A program made the translations under genes and the position numbers. A DNA stretch of 64,000 nucleotides, from contig JAEOTZ010000023.1 in the NCBI GenBank assembly GCA_016839585.1, positions 29,370-93,369 of the forward strand, given 5' to 3'. The DNA comes from Promethearchaeota archaeon. Lineage in GTDB: Archaea; Asgardarchaeota; Lokiarchaeia; Sigyniarchaeales; SOKP01. Of the stretch, positions 9,427 through 18,390 are shown piece after piece; the first letter of the stretch is position 1, and each line of letters starts with the position of its first letter. Under the pieces are notes generated by a model. The model ran no database searches, was not told the origin of the DNA, and saw only the letters and a list, made by a program, of their open reading frames with translations.

Positions 9427-10092
9427 ATGTTAATTAGTTCAAGCGGAATTTTCATTGTCATGCCCTTAATGGCTTATTTACGTGATTCTATTTTACCAAA
9501 AAAATATCCAAATATAACAGATCCTGAAGGGATCATAATGCTAAAGGAATTATTAGAAATGAAAGAGGTAAAAGATTATACACGGTATTTACATTATGCA
9601 AAGCACAAGAATGTTCTTAAAATCGCCCATAGAATTGAAAAGAAATTTAATATAAAGCTTCATTATAAATGGGGAAGACTAGCAGGAGAAATAAAAAATG
9701 GAATAGATGATAAAATCAGTGAGATACTAGGGTATAAAAACTATAAAGATTATTGGGAAAATCATGGAATTCTAAAGAGTTTTTGCCCCGTTGAAGTGGA
9801 ATATGACTTCTCGAAAAACTCCAGCCTCCCCATTAAAAAAGTATATCCTTACAGAAAGAAAAGATATAAACCTGAAGCTTTAGAAGATCCTAGATTATTT
9901 AAAAAAGAAATGGAGTTAATAAAGATAGATAAAATTGCATCAAAATATTATAAAAAAGGTAAATATAAAGAAGCTTTAAAATGGTATGAATTAAAACTGA
10001 ATGTTCTGCTGGAAATTAGAGAACTTGAGCATCCTGATGTTCTAAAACTTAAAGAAAAAATTGAAAATCTAAAAATGCATGAGGATCTTTAG
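9427..10092 (+). CDS. Hypothetical protein with C-terminal TPR
   Basis: IASKYYKKGKYKEALKWYELKL..LEHPDV is TPR-like. Confidence 0.6.
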   Translation: MLISSSGIFIVMPLMAYLRDSILPKKYPNITDPEGIIMLKELLEMKEVKDYTRYLHYAKHKNVLKIAHRIEKKFNIKLHYKWGRLAGEIKNGIDDKISEILGYKNYKDYWENHGILKSFCPVEVEYDFSKNSSLPIKKVYPYRKKRYKPEALEDPRLFKKEMELIKIDKIASKYYKKGKYKEALKWYELKLNVLLEIRELEHPDVLKLKEKIENLKMHEDL

Positions 10093-10191
10093 CGTAAAGT
10101 ATGCAGCATACAATATTCAATGGTTATATTATTCAAAATTAGAATAAACATTTTAATCACTCATGAACATATTCTATCTCATTTCTTCTTT

Positions 10192-11169
10192 TTATGAGAC
10201 ATTAATTTGGTTTAAAGCATTTTCGCTTATTTTCTGGTATATGCTATTCTTTAAGTTAATAGTTCCCTCATATCCCTTATATAAATCAATCTCTTTAATA
10301 TCCGAATTTTCGATGAATGTATCCTGACAAGATCCAAATTTTAAAAACTTCACTGTATTAGATATTATTCTTATATCTGAACAAAATTTTAGATGAAATG
10401 ATTTTGAAAAAGTACAATCTTCAAGAATCACATGTTTACTGTCAAATAATTTTATTTTTTTCAAAGTTAGGTTTTTAAAAATAACATAATACCTATTATG
10501 ATACAACGTTAAATCTTTTAATTTTGCTTTTTTTATATTGGGATTATCAATTACAATAGGATCTTTTTTTGTTCCACTTCCTCTACACTCAATATCCTTT
10601 AAAATATTTCCATATAATGAACTAAATGTAGATACAGCAAATGAATCTGTTGTTTTCTTTAAAGGTTTTTGAATTTCTAAGATCTCTTCAATCCAAGGGT
10701 GATCAATATTCTCAAGATAATTTCCCCTACTTAAATTATCTGAATCAAAAAATAAATCCCAATAACAGTTTTTAAATTTGTTATTATAGCATTTATATAA
10801 TTTAAATTCCGTATCGAATCTTGAGTCTTTTAATAGACAGTTCCGACATTCGATCAGATTAATGAAATTACTTTCACAGTTGTCAATCGTTATATCAGTA
10901 CAATTATAGAAAAATAAAGATCGGAGGATACAGTTTTTCATATAAATATTTTTACAGTACCCTAATACTATAGAATTAAGGTGACAATTTTCAATAATTA
11001 TAAACCTTTTAGATTCCAATATTTCAAAATCATTAGGGATACTCGATGAAGAATCAATTATAAATGGATCTTCTTTAACACCTGTACCTCTGCATTCCAC
11101 CTCAAATTCTTCAAATCTTAAAGGTTCTCCACTCCTTTTATATATGCCTTTCCTTAATTTAATTTTCAT
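10192..11169 (-). CDS. Right-handed beta-helix-like repeat protein, paralog A
   Basis: Two GxGxKxDPxxID motifs, each followed by xxCxNIxIxNC coils. Confidence 0.7.
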   Translation of the reverse strand: MKIKLRKGIYKRSGEPLRFEEFEVECRGTGVKEDPFIIDSSSSIPNDFEILESKRFIIIENCHLNSIVLGYCKNIYMKNCILRSLFFYNCTDITIDNCESNFINLIECRNCLLKDSRFDTEFKLYKCYNNKFKNCYWDLFFDSDNLSRGNYLENIDHPWIEEILEIQKPLKKTTDSFAVSTFSSLYGNILKDIECRGSGTKKDPIVIDNPNIKKAKLKDLTLYHNRYYVIFKNLTLKKIKLFDSKHVILEDCTFSKSFHLKFCSDIRIISNTVKFLKFGSCQDTFIENSDIKEIDLYKGYEGTINLKNSIYQKISENALNQINVS

Positions 11170-11275
11170 AATGGATTCTATTCTTTACACTTTTAATTTT
11201 CTTTTACTATAAGAACTTTTAATTCTTGAATTAATTTTATTTTTACTAATTAATCAAAGAAAAGTAGTAAAATTA

Positions 11276-11290
11276 GAAAAAAATATAAAT
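11276..11290 (+). promoter_or_regulatory. Putative BRE/TATA promoter of tRNA-Trp
   Basis: AGAAAAAAATATAAA about 32-46 nt upstream of the tRNA 5' end; AT-rich background lowers specificity. Confidence 0.4.
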
Positions 11291-11344
11291 TTCATACATT
11301 CTTTATCAAATTAATCTCTATGGGGACTTGGTGTAGCCCGGTAG

Positions 11345-11375
11345 ATTGTGAAGCGATTGTGGCTTCAATTCCGAA
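11345..11375 (+). other. tRNA-Trp intron 1 (D-arm, about position 22/23)
   Basis: Internal hairpin TGAAGC/GCTTCA; relaxed BHB CGGT-AG^A...TCCG-AA^C; boundaries could shift by 1-2 nt. Confidence 0.7.
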
Positions 11376-11390
11376 CACAGCAGGCTCCAG

Positions 11391-11419
11391 ATCCTACAAG
11401 CAAAAGCTGTTCCGTGGAC
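11391..11419 (+). other. tRNA-Trp intron 2 (canonical 37/38)
   Basis: CTCC-AG^A...GTGG-AC^A; removal restores a 7-nt anticodon loop. Confidence 0.85.
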
Positions 11420-11440
11420 ACCTGTCGGTCGGGGGTTCAA

Positions 11441-11472
11441 TATGGTGCGCCTGCATCGCGCTCCATGATCAC
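11441..11472 (+). other. tRNA-Trp intron 3 (T-loop, 58/59)
   Basis: GTTC-AA^T-ATGG..CCAT-GATC-AC^A; removal restores the TTCAAAT loop. Confidence 0.82.
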
Positions 11473-11654
11473 ATCCCTCAGTCCCCATTCTTTTTCCATT
11501 TATAATTTGAGAATTTACCATTGAATTAGAATTGATTTATTTTTGGGGATTTTATAGTCCTAATATTCTATAGATAAGCTATAACTACTCAACTGGTATT
11601 TTTAACTATCAAATTTAGTTGAGTTTAAAAAATTTATAGTAAAACAACAATTAT

Positions 11655-11867
11655 ATGTTTATTATTCAGATTTTTTTCATTTTAACTCTTTTATTAGTTC
11701 TTCTTACTGGAATCTTCTTTGTATTCAAGAAGAAAGAATATAAAGCAAGAAAATTAAAACTTATTATTATTTTTTTAATGTTTATCTCTCTATTAGAGTT
11801 TTTTTTGAATTTAGATAAATATATTTCTTCAGAATTTCTCAGAAAGTATGTATCTAAACAATTTTAA
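11655..11867 (+). CDS. Small two-TM hypothetical protein
   Basis: 70-aa ORF with two hydrophobic helices; short overlap with the convergent gene. Confidence 0.35.
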   Translation: MFIIQIFFILTLLLVLLTGIFFVFKKKEYKARKLKLIIIFLMFISLLEFFLNLDKYISSEFLRKYVSKQF

Positions 11868-12891
11868 TCGCTGGTATTGATTCCTTTTTTATCTTTTTGT
11901 AGGTACAATTTCTTAAAGTGATGGGTTCTCCGAAACTTTGATACATATCAATTATTTTAATTTTTGAACCTTCCGGTATATATCCTTTATATATTTCAAT
12001 CTCTTGAATATCTGAATTTGCGATGATGGTGTCTTGGCATGCACCAAATTTTAACTTCTTAATGAACGCAAAGTTTATTTTTATATCCGCACAGAATTTT
12101 AACAAGCACAATTTTGAGATATTACAATTTTCCAGAGTTATGTGCTTTGTATCGTACAACTTTAAGAATTTCAAATCAAAGTTCTTAAAGATAACATAGT
12201 CTCTTTTACAAAATAGTTCTATTTCTCTCACATCCAGATCTTTTAACTTATGATTATCTATTATGTACGGGTTCTCTTTAGTGCCAGATCCAATGCACTC
12301 AACTTCTACAATAGATGAGCGTGCATTTATTGAATAGGAACATTTGCTTTTTAAACCTGGTTTTTTAATTTCCTCAAATGCATCTTTAGTTGGATTAAAC
12401 AGAGTCCCGCTAAAATCACAATTTTCGAATTTGTTTTCCCTACAATATTTTTCATGAACAGTAAAAAAATTCCAAAATTCACAATTTATAAATGTATTAT
12501 GAGAGCACTTGTATAAACGAATTAGTTCCTCAGTTACGGAATCTTTCACCAAACAATTTTGATTACCAAACCATCTTAGAAAATAAATACGAGAATCCTC
12601 AATGGTTAAATAGTTACAATCCACCATCATCAAAGAGGTAAACCTACAATTTTTCATTACAATATTTTTGGTGTGTCTTAGAGTTAACAACTTTATATCT
12701 AGATCTTTTATGACAATATAAAGTTCTGATTCAACAATATCAATATTTCCTTCCGGAAAAATCGATGAGGAGTCAATGGTAGCGGGATCATCCTTAGTTC
12801 CAGAACCTTTGCATTCTATTTCAAATTCTTCAAATTTTGTCGGTTCACCTGTCCTAAAACTATAACTTCCATTTCTTACTTTAATAATCAT
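11854..12891 (-). CDS. Right-handed beta-helix-like repeat protein, paralog B
   Basis: Colinear with 10192-11169 (FEEFEIECKGSGTKDDP; KLKFGACQDT); GGAGTGA SD. Confidence 0.72.
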   Translation of the reverse strand: MIIKVRNGSYSFRTGEPTKFEEFEIECKGSGTKDDPATIDSSSIFPEGNIDIVESELYIVIKDLDIKLLTLRHTKNIVMKNCRFTSLMMVDCNYLTIEDSRIYFLRWFGNQNCLVKDSVTEELIRLYKCSHNTFINCEFWNFFTVHEKYCRENKFENCDFSGTLFNPTKDAFEEIKKPGLKSKCSYSINARSSIVEVECIGSGTKENPYIIDNHKLKDLDVREIELFCKRDYVIFKNFDLKFLKLYDTKHITLENCNISKLCLLKFCADIKINFAFIKKLKFGACQDTIIANSDIQEIEIYKGYIPEGSKIKIIDMYQSFGEPITLRNCTYKKIKKESIPAIKIV

Positions 12892-13022
12892 TTAAATCAC
12901 TCCTCAATTGAGATTTTTTAATTATAAAAGAGCTGTGTTTATTTTTTTATAATCTGTAATTATTGTTATTTCAATAAGTTATTATATGCATAAATTATTG
13001 ATAAATTTGTATATGTGTATTT

Positions 13023-13445
13023 CTAAACCGTCTTTTTTTTGTTTTTTCTATCATATAACCATTGTCCAATATGAGCAGTGCTGATTATAGAAACTTGAAT
13101 TATCAAATATAGTCCGAGATATATCGTTTTAGGAGAATTTGCGAGAAAAACGATTAAAAATCCAATTATGAGCAAATTTATTATTATCCAAGTAAATCCT
13201 GTATTTTCAATAGTAATTTTTCTATAGAGTTTCTTAAACTGAGTAGTATAATAATATAATAAAATGATTAGTAAACCTAAACCTACAATGAAAAAATAAA
13301 TTCCAAAAAACAAAACAATGAAAATTTTAGATAAAGATACTCCATAGGTAGTTATTGAGGCACTAAAGCAAATTAAACTCAATAGAAAAAAGAAAACCAT
13401 GAAAAGGTAAAAATTGCGACAAAATTTCCTTTTAGCAAATAACAT
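13023..13445 (-). CDS. Hypothetical four-TM membrane protein
   Basis: Four hydrophobic segments. Confidence 0.55.
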   Translation of the reverse strand: MLFAKRKFCRNFYLFMVFFFLLSLICFSASITTYGVSLSKIFIVLFFGIYFFIVGLGLLIILLYYYTTQFKKLYRKITIENTGFTWIIINLLIIGFLIVFLANSPKTIYLGLYLIIQVSIISTAHIGQWLYDRKNKKKTV

Positions 13446-13476
13446 TTTCTTTTTTTTTCCCTTTTATCTTCTTCAA

Positions 13477-14007
13477 TCAATCAGTTCTTTTTTTTATTAA
13501 GATGTCATATAGATCAGGGATTTTATCACTTACTAATCCCCCTAATAAAGCAAAAATACCTGTAAAAAAAAGGAAAATACACGGAATTAACTCCTTGAAA
13601 GTAAGCAAATTACTATAAAATAATTCAAAAAATAATAAAACTCCATTAAATAAACCATAACTTATTCCTATAATAAGTCCTGTCTCTCGAGGATTAAATT
13701 TATTACTGATAGAACTTCTTAATCTTTTTCCGATATATATTAAATGTAAAGCAAATAATAACCGCCAGCTGAGATATAACATAATAGGTGAGAATGCTAG
13801 GGCGTAATATATTCCATTTATAAAAGTAGAAATAGCAGATATAAAAAGAAATGCAATACTAACTGAAAAAAAGAATAAAGCGATTTTTGTTCTTTTTTTA
13901 TTTAATTTACTTTTTGTTCTTTTTTTGTATAAAGTTTCAGCACGGTACATTTTATCTATTTTGGATTCAATATGTTGATTTAATGCTCTTCTATATGCTG
14001 CTTTCAT
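13477..14007 (-). CDS. Hypothetical membrane protein
   Basis: Basic N-terminus MKAAYRRALNQHIES plus about four TM segments. Confidence 0.6.
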   Translation of the reverse strand: MKAAYRRALNQHIESKIDKMYRAETLYKKRTKSKLNKKRTKIALFFFSVSIAFLFISAISTFINGIYYALAFSPIMLYLSWRLLFALHLIYIGKRLRSSISNKFNPRETGLIIGISYGLFNGVLLFFELFYSNLLTFKELIPCIFLFFTGIFALLGGLVSDKIPDLYDILIKKRTD

Positions 14008-14035
14008 ATTAATTTAATTTTTTTCGAATTAATTA

Positions 14036-14647
14036 CTAATTATATTTACAATATTTACCCATAAATCTGGCAATATTCCATCCAATCCTTGTACAAGCTT
14101 CTCTTTTTCCCCTGTATATCGTAAATTTTTTAGTTGTATTTAAGACAAAAGATAATTTATAAATAGGATCATCTATGTATCTATGATCTTTTTTGACAAT
14201 AAGTGATTTTATATCATCAAATTTGAAGGTACTTGATTTTTTTTTATGAGTAAAGGATTTATGAAATTTAATTATTTGAGTTAATTTATCAATTGTTAAT
14301 TCTCGTTTTTGTTTTTTATAATACAAGTAATTTCCTATTAAAGGTAAGAAATATAGAAGAAAAGAAAACGAGAAAATTATAAGTAATGATAAGAAACTTA
14401 TCGAAAAACCTGATATAATTGAAAGTGAAAATAATGAAATAGTAAAAATTCCTGTAATAAGAATTACACGATCTCTATAAAGTCGTGAAAGATCAGATAA
14501 AACATATAATATCTTTAATTTATCCTTTTGTTTTAGTATGGAACAATCTTGTATAATCTTCTCATAGCGAAGAGTTTTAGGTATTGAATCCGATTCAATT
14601 TGTTGTTTTAATGCCCGCCGATACGAGGCTTTCATTTTATCGTACAT
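14036..14647 (-). CDS. Hypothetical membrane protein with possible bacterial-PH-like C-terminal domain
   Basis: MKASYRRALKQQIES, two TM helices, then ELTIDK..FKFDDIKSLIV beta-rich tail. Confidence 0.6.
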   Translation of the reverse strand: MYDKMKASYRRALKQQIESDSIPKTLRYEKIIQDCSILKQKDKLKILYVLSDLSRLYRDRVILITGIFTISLFSLSIISGFSISFLSLLIIFSFSFLLYFLPLIGNYLYYKKQKRELTIDKLTQIIKFHKSFTHKKKSSTFKFDDIKSLIVKKDHRYIDDPIYKLSFVLNTTKKFTIYRGKREACTRIGWNIARFMGKYCKYN

Positions 14648-14660
14648 TTATAAAATCTTT

Positions 14661-14697
14661 ATATATTTATATATATTTACATATATTCATATATACT
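14661..14697. repeat. Imperfect 10-bp tandem repeat (ATATATTTAT-like, about 3.7 copies)
   Basis: atatatttat atatatttac atatattcat atatact, directly upstream of the 14647 start. Confidence 0.55.
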
Positions 14698-14777
14698 AGA
14701 TTATTTAAATGTAGTGATAATCAGCTCAAATAGAAAGATTTTGTAAGATCTATTATCTTAAATTTCCATTATTAAAC

Positions 14778-15161
14778 TTATTTAATCTTATGGGAGAGTT
14801 TGTGGACGATCCACCATTTATTATTGATTTTCATCAGGTTAAAATAGTCAATATATCCAACTTCCTCGCATTCAATCTTGAGCTTAACGGCAGCATTATT
14901 ACCTGTAACATCAACGTTGTAAAATTCAGTCATCCAGTTTAAGTTTATGTTTGCTTTTTCTGGGTCGTACCATGATAAATATTCTGCTTTATCAACTATT
15001 TTCAGTTGATTATTTTGATCAAACAGAAAAAATTTCCATTCATCATGCAAAATATTTTTATATAGTTCAGGATCACTTCTAACGTGGCCTTCATGGTAGT
15101 AATCCATAATAACTTTTTTTATAGTTTCTATTTCAGATTCTTCACTACTTTCATTCGACAT
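14778..15161 (-). CDS. NTF2-like/putative lumazine-binding family protein
   Basis: IKKVIMDYY..G..; VDVTGNNAAVKL; YIDYFNLMKINNKWWIVHK. Confidence 0.85.
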   Translation of the reverse strand: MSNESSEESEIETIKKVIMDYYHEGHVRSDPELYKNILHDEWKFFLFDQNNQLKIVDKAEYLSWYDPEKANINLNWMTEFYNVDVTGNNAAVKLKIECEEVGYIDYFNLMKINNKWWIVHKLSHKIK

Positions 15162-15277
15162 TAATTCTTAAAAATTTCTATAATTCTTAACATTTATTAG
15201 AACAATTCAAAAAGAAGTTAAAAAAATCTAGTGAATGAGTAACCTCATTAGAAAAAAAATCAGATTTTGCATTTAAT

Positions 15278-15310
15278 AAAATATGAAAATTAACCTTGTT
15301 TTCATATTTT
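15278..15310. repeat. Perfect 12-bp inverted repeat with 9-nt spacer
   Basis: AAAATATGAAAA-TTAACCTTG-TTTTCATATTTT. Confidence 0.7.
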
Positions 15311-15462
15311 TCATCTCTATCCATTAGATTTCTTTAATAATCTTGCTCATGTCATCTAAAATTAAAGATCTTAATGAAAACTGATTATATATTGTCGATT
15401 TATTTTTTTTTTATTTTTGAAAGAAATTGAAAGAAAAAAAAGTAAAAAATTAAAAAAAAATT

Positions 15463-16212
15463 TTAGCTAATTTCTGTACCACATAAAGCGCAAAAATTTC
15501 CTAACGCAGATAATTTTACTCCACAATTTGGGCAAAATTTGATTTTTCGTTCAAGGTTGTTTACTGGTTGAGGTTTAGGTAAGGCTGTTTGCAGTTCTGA
15601 AGATTCTGGAGCGTCATAAGTCGATAATTTGTTTAATGTTGCGAGCATAAAATATCCTTTCACTTGATAGATAAAGCCGATGATTGCCGGGACGATTAAA
15701 AACCATAATGAGCTTAAGAGCGTACCTGTTTTTAGTTTATCGCACCCCTTAATTGCCTCTTCAGATATATCAGCTGGAAACATCTTAAAATTATTCTTAA
15801 AAAATATTTTCAGATTTTTCCACGCTTTCATTTCAGCTGCCACACCTACATATATTAACACTAACCCTGATATCATAAGAATTATAGGTAAATAGAGCGA
15901 GATATAGATAGGGAATGAGGTTGAGAAAAAGAAAAAGAAAAAAATGTTAACAACTCCGGTGATCAAGACGACCATACCACATATTCTTGATATAAATCCT
16001 CTGATGTATTTTGAGCGAAACTCATGTAACAATGAGTTATTTAAAGTGTAATTTGCCCTTTTAAGGCACCCCATCGCAATGAAAACAAAAATCATTGCTA
16101 TCAAACCAGCTATTCCTGCGGTGATGCTTACAATCGTTAAAATTGCAGCAACTCGAAAATATTTCCCACTTTCATGGAATTCTTTTCTAACACCTATATT
16201 TGACATTCTCAT
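15463..16212 (-). CDS. Membrane protein with C-terminal zinc ribbon
   Basis: Four to five TM segments; FCPNCG..FCALCG. Confidence 0.75.
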   Translation of the reverse strand: MRMSNIGVRKEFHESGKYFRVAAILTIVSITAGIAGLIAMIFVFIAMGCLKRANYTLNNSLLHEFRSKYIRGFISRICGMVVLITGVVNIFFFFFFSTSFPIYISLYLPIILMISGLVLIYVGVAAEMKAWKNLKIFFKNNFKMFPADISEEAIKGCDKLKTGTLLSSLWFLIVPAIIGFIYQVKGYFMLATLNKLSTYDAPESSELQTALPKPQPVNNLERKIKFCPNCGVKLSALGNFCALCGTEIS

Positions 16213-16436
16213 TTTCGCATTTTAATTTTTAGGTATTTAATATATTCATCTCAAAGATGATTGATTAATTAACGGGAGTCCATTAATTGCAAATAGAACA
16301 GATTGTTGCTTTTTGAAGAAGTAAATCTCAACTATGGAATTTTAATCAAATTAGATTTATAGATTATTACAGTAAAGTTATAATATACTTAAAAATCTCT
16401 AAAATTAAAAAAAAAATAACAAGAGAATAAGATCAC

Positions 16437-16823
16437 ATGATAGTAATTATAGCGGCAATTTTACTGATTATCTTGTTCATTATAATGAGTGTATTTCAAT
16501 TTTTACTCGTATTGGGTTTACCGTTAGGCCATTTAGCTTATGGAGGGAAGTATAAAAAACTCCCTAAAAAGTTAAGAATTATGAGCGTAGTCGCAATTGG
16601 GATTTTCATTTTTAGTTCAATAATCGTATTAGAACGAGTAGAACTAATAAAGATATTTAATAATCCTATGGTTTCTTTAGTTATAGTTTGGATATTAGCT
16701 GTTTATTTTACTCTTGGTGTGTTAATGAATATGATTTCAAGAAGTAAATGGGAAAAACGAATAATGACCCCTATTGCAATAGTTATTACATTATGTTGTT
16801 TTATAGTTGCAATCTTTGCTTAA
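16437..16823 (+). CDS. Conserved small integral membrane protein
   Basis: FQFLLVLGLPLGHLAYGG...N..SRSKWEK..MTP pattern. Confidence 0.75.
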   Translation: MIVIIAAILLIILFIIMSVFQFLLVLGLPLGHLAYGGKYKKLPKKLRIMSVVAIGIFIFSSIIVLERVELIKIFNNPMVSLVIVWILAVYFTLGVLMNMISRSKWEKRIMTPIAIVITLCCFIVAIFA

Positions 16824-16886
16824 AAGATAAATTGAAAATCAATTTCAGGGATTAAAGAAAAAGTTTTAGATGACAAAGTTTTCTAT

Positions 16887-17183
16887 TTAAGTATATGAAT
16901 AGAACTTAAATTGGATATTCTTTTTTTCAAGCCATTCTCTAAATTCTGTGTCGCTTTTAAAACTTTCTTTTATTAAATGTAATAAAACTTCAGGAATATT
17001 CTCTGATTTTACCGTTAACCAATATTCGTGATCATAATCTCCAAAAAATTCTTTTACTGATTGCCCAAAATCGTATCCTGAAAGGACTAGATCACCATTA
17101 TCATTTATTTCAGCAATAAGGCTATGAGTTTCGTTTTCTTTAGTTTTATAATCGTAAATTATAATTTTTTTCACGTGAATCAC
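16887..17183 (-). CDS. Hypothetical protein
   Basis: Intact ORF with GGTGA SD; GDLVLSGYDFG..FFGDYDHEYW. Confidence 0.65.
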   Translation of the reverse strand: MIHVKKIIIYDYKTKENETHSLIAEINDNGDLVLSGYDFGQSVKEFFGDYDHEYWLTVKSENIPEVLLHLIKESFKSDTEFREWLEKKNIQFKFYSYT

Positions 17184-17317
17184 CCATTATATGGAGAGTT
17201 AATTCTTCTTTTTTTAATTATTATAGATATTTTGCTTTTTTGGATTATTTCTTTTTATATATTTTTTTATACTATTAATTCGAAATATATTTTATCAAAT
17301 CAATATATTATTATCGA

Positions 17318-17797
17318 TTGAAAATGGAAAAGAGTATGGGTATTGATCTAGGTAATCTGAAAATAAATCATATATGTTATATTTATAAGGATGTTGAAAA
17401 ACAAGCAAAAATTATGGAATCTCTTTTTAACATGCCAAAATTCATTTTTTCTGAAGATCTTGACCATCCAGCTAAATATCGGGGCAAGGATACAAAATTT
17501 TCTTTAAAATTAGGAATGAGTCGATGCTTCAATGTGCAAATCGAACTTTTTCAATGGATTGAAGGTGATTGTGTTTATAAAGAATTCATAGACGCTAAAA
17601 GAGAAGGAATTCATCATTTTGGTGTTCTTGTTGATAAATTACAGGATTATATTACTGAATTTCAAAATCAAGGTATAGAAGCATTACAAACTGGTACATT
17701 TCCACCTAGCCTAAAATATGCTTACATGAATACTGAGAAAATTTTTGGAGTAATAATAGAATTTATAGAAATAATTGAAAGGAAAAGAAGAAAATAA
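17318..17797 (+). CDS. VOC/glyoxalase family protein (methylmalonyl-CoA epimerase-like)
   Basis: INHICY..KDVEK; QIELFQ; EGIHHFG; YAYMNT..GVIIEFIE. Confidence 0.88.
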   Translation: MKMEKSMGIDLGNLKINHICYIYKDVEKQAKIMESLFNMPKFIFSEDLDHPAKYRGKDTKFSLKLGMSRCFNVQIELFQWIEGDCVYKEFIDAKREGIHHFGVLVDKLQDYITEFQNQGIEALQTGTFPPSLKYAYMNTEKIFGVIIEFIEIIERKRRK

Positions 17798-17840
17798 GAT
17801 TCCTGCTTTCCTTTTTTGGATTTATTTTGAAGAAATATTT

Positions 17841-17862
17841 TCGTGAAAGCCCGATTTCACGA
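17841..17862. repeat. 8-bp inverted repeat (hairpin or operator)
   Basis: TCGTGAAA-GCCCGA-TTTCACGA, 44 nt downstream of the VOC gene. Confidence 0.6.
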
Positions 17863-18110
17863 TCTTTATGATATTACATATTGATAAATTCGTTTTTTAG
17901 GAGAAAATTTGTAATTGAAAACAAAATTAGATTGAAAAATTGACAATTTATACTTTTCTTAAAATAACCTTCTGGAAGTAAGTGAATTTGTTAAAATTTT
18001 TCAATTTCGTAATTAAAAATAAGTATATACTTATCAAACATAACAATTCATTTAATTAGAGTGAATTTTTATCTCAATATTGAGGTATTTTTAATTGGAG
18101 GTGAATATGT

Positions 18111-18302
18111 ATTAATATAGATTGGAAATTATTTAAGAGAACATATCCATATATTTGTGATAAATGTGGATATTTTCATTGGGAATACAAGACTGTTTGT
18201 GAAGGATGTGGAAGGCAAAATACGATTAGGAAAATCACTAAAAAAGATTGGAAAAAAGCACATTTATTAGATAAAATGGAGATACAAAGTTCTTCAGTTT
18301 GA
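18111..18302 (+). CDS. Small zinc-ribbon protein with inferred ATT start (not in ORF track)
   Basis: GGAGGTGA SD, 6 nt, then ATT; (M)NIDWKLFKRTYPYICDKCGYFHWEYKTVCEGCGRQNTIRK...; in-frame TGA at 18102 precedes it. Confidence 0.75.
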   Translation: MNIDWKLFKRTYPYICDKCGYFHWEYKTVCEGCGRQNTIRKITKKDWKKAHLLDKMEIQSSSV

Positions 18303-18390
18303 AATCCAATCAATAGACATAAAGTAACAAAAAAAATAAAGCAATTTGTCAAATATTAATATTAATAGAAAAAAATATTTCTTCTAAGAT

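Larger units (their letters stand above)
11322..11487 (+). tRNA. trnW: tRNA-Trp(CCA) with three introns
   Basis: Removing 11345-11375, 11391-11419 and 11441-11472 gives a 74-nt cloverleaf: GGGGACT TG GTGT AGCCCGGTA GCAC A GCAGG CTCCAGA CCTGT CGGTC GGGGG TTCAAAT CCCTC AGTCCCC A. Confidence 0.92.

Noticed and set aside
11349-11368. Possible tRNA-Sec (TCA in GGCTTCAA, long gene)
   Set aside because: That TCA lies in the D-arm intron hairpin. The consistent cloverleaf has a 7-bp acceptor stem, a short variable loop and a CCA anticodon
11318-11521. Track ORFs 11318-11521(-) and 11320-11505(+)
   Set aside because: They overlap the triple-intron tRNA-Trp and are open only because the region is GC-rich
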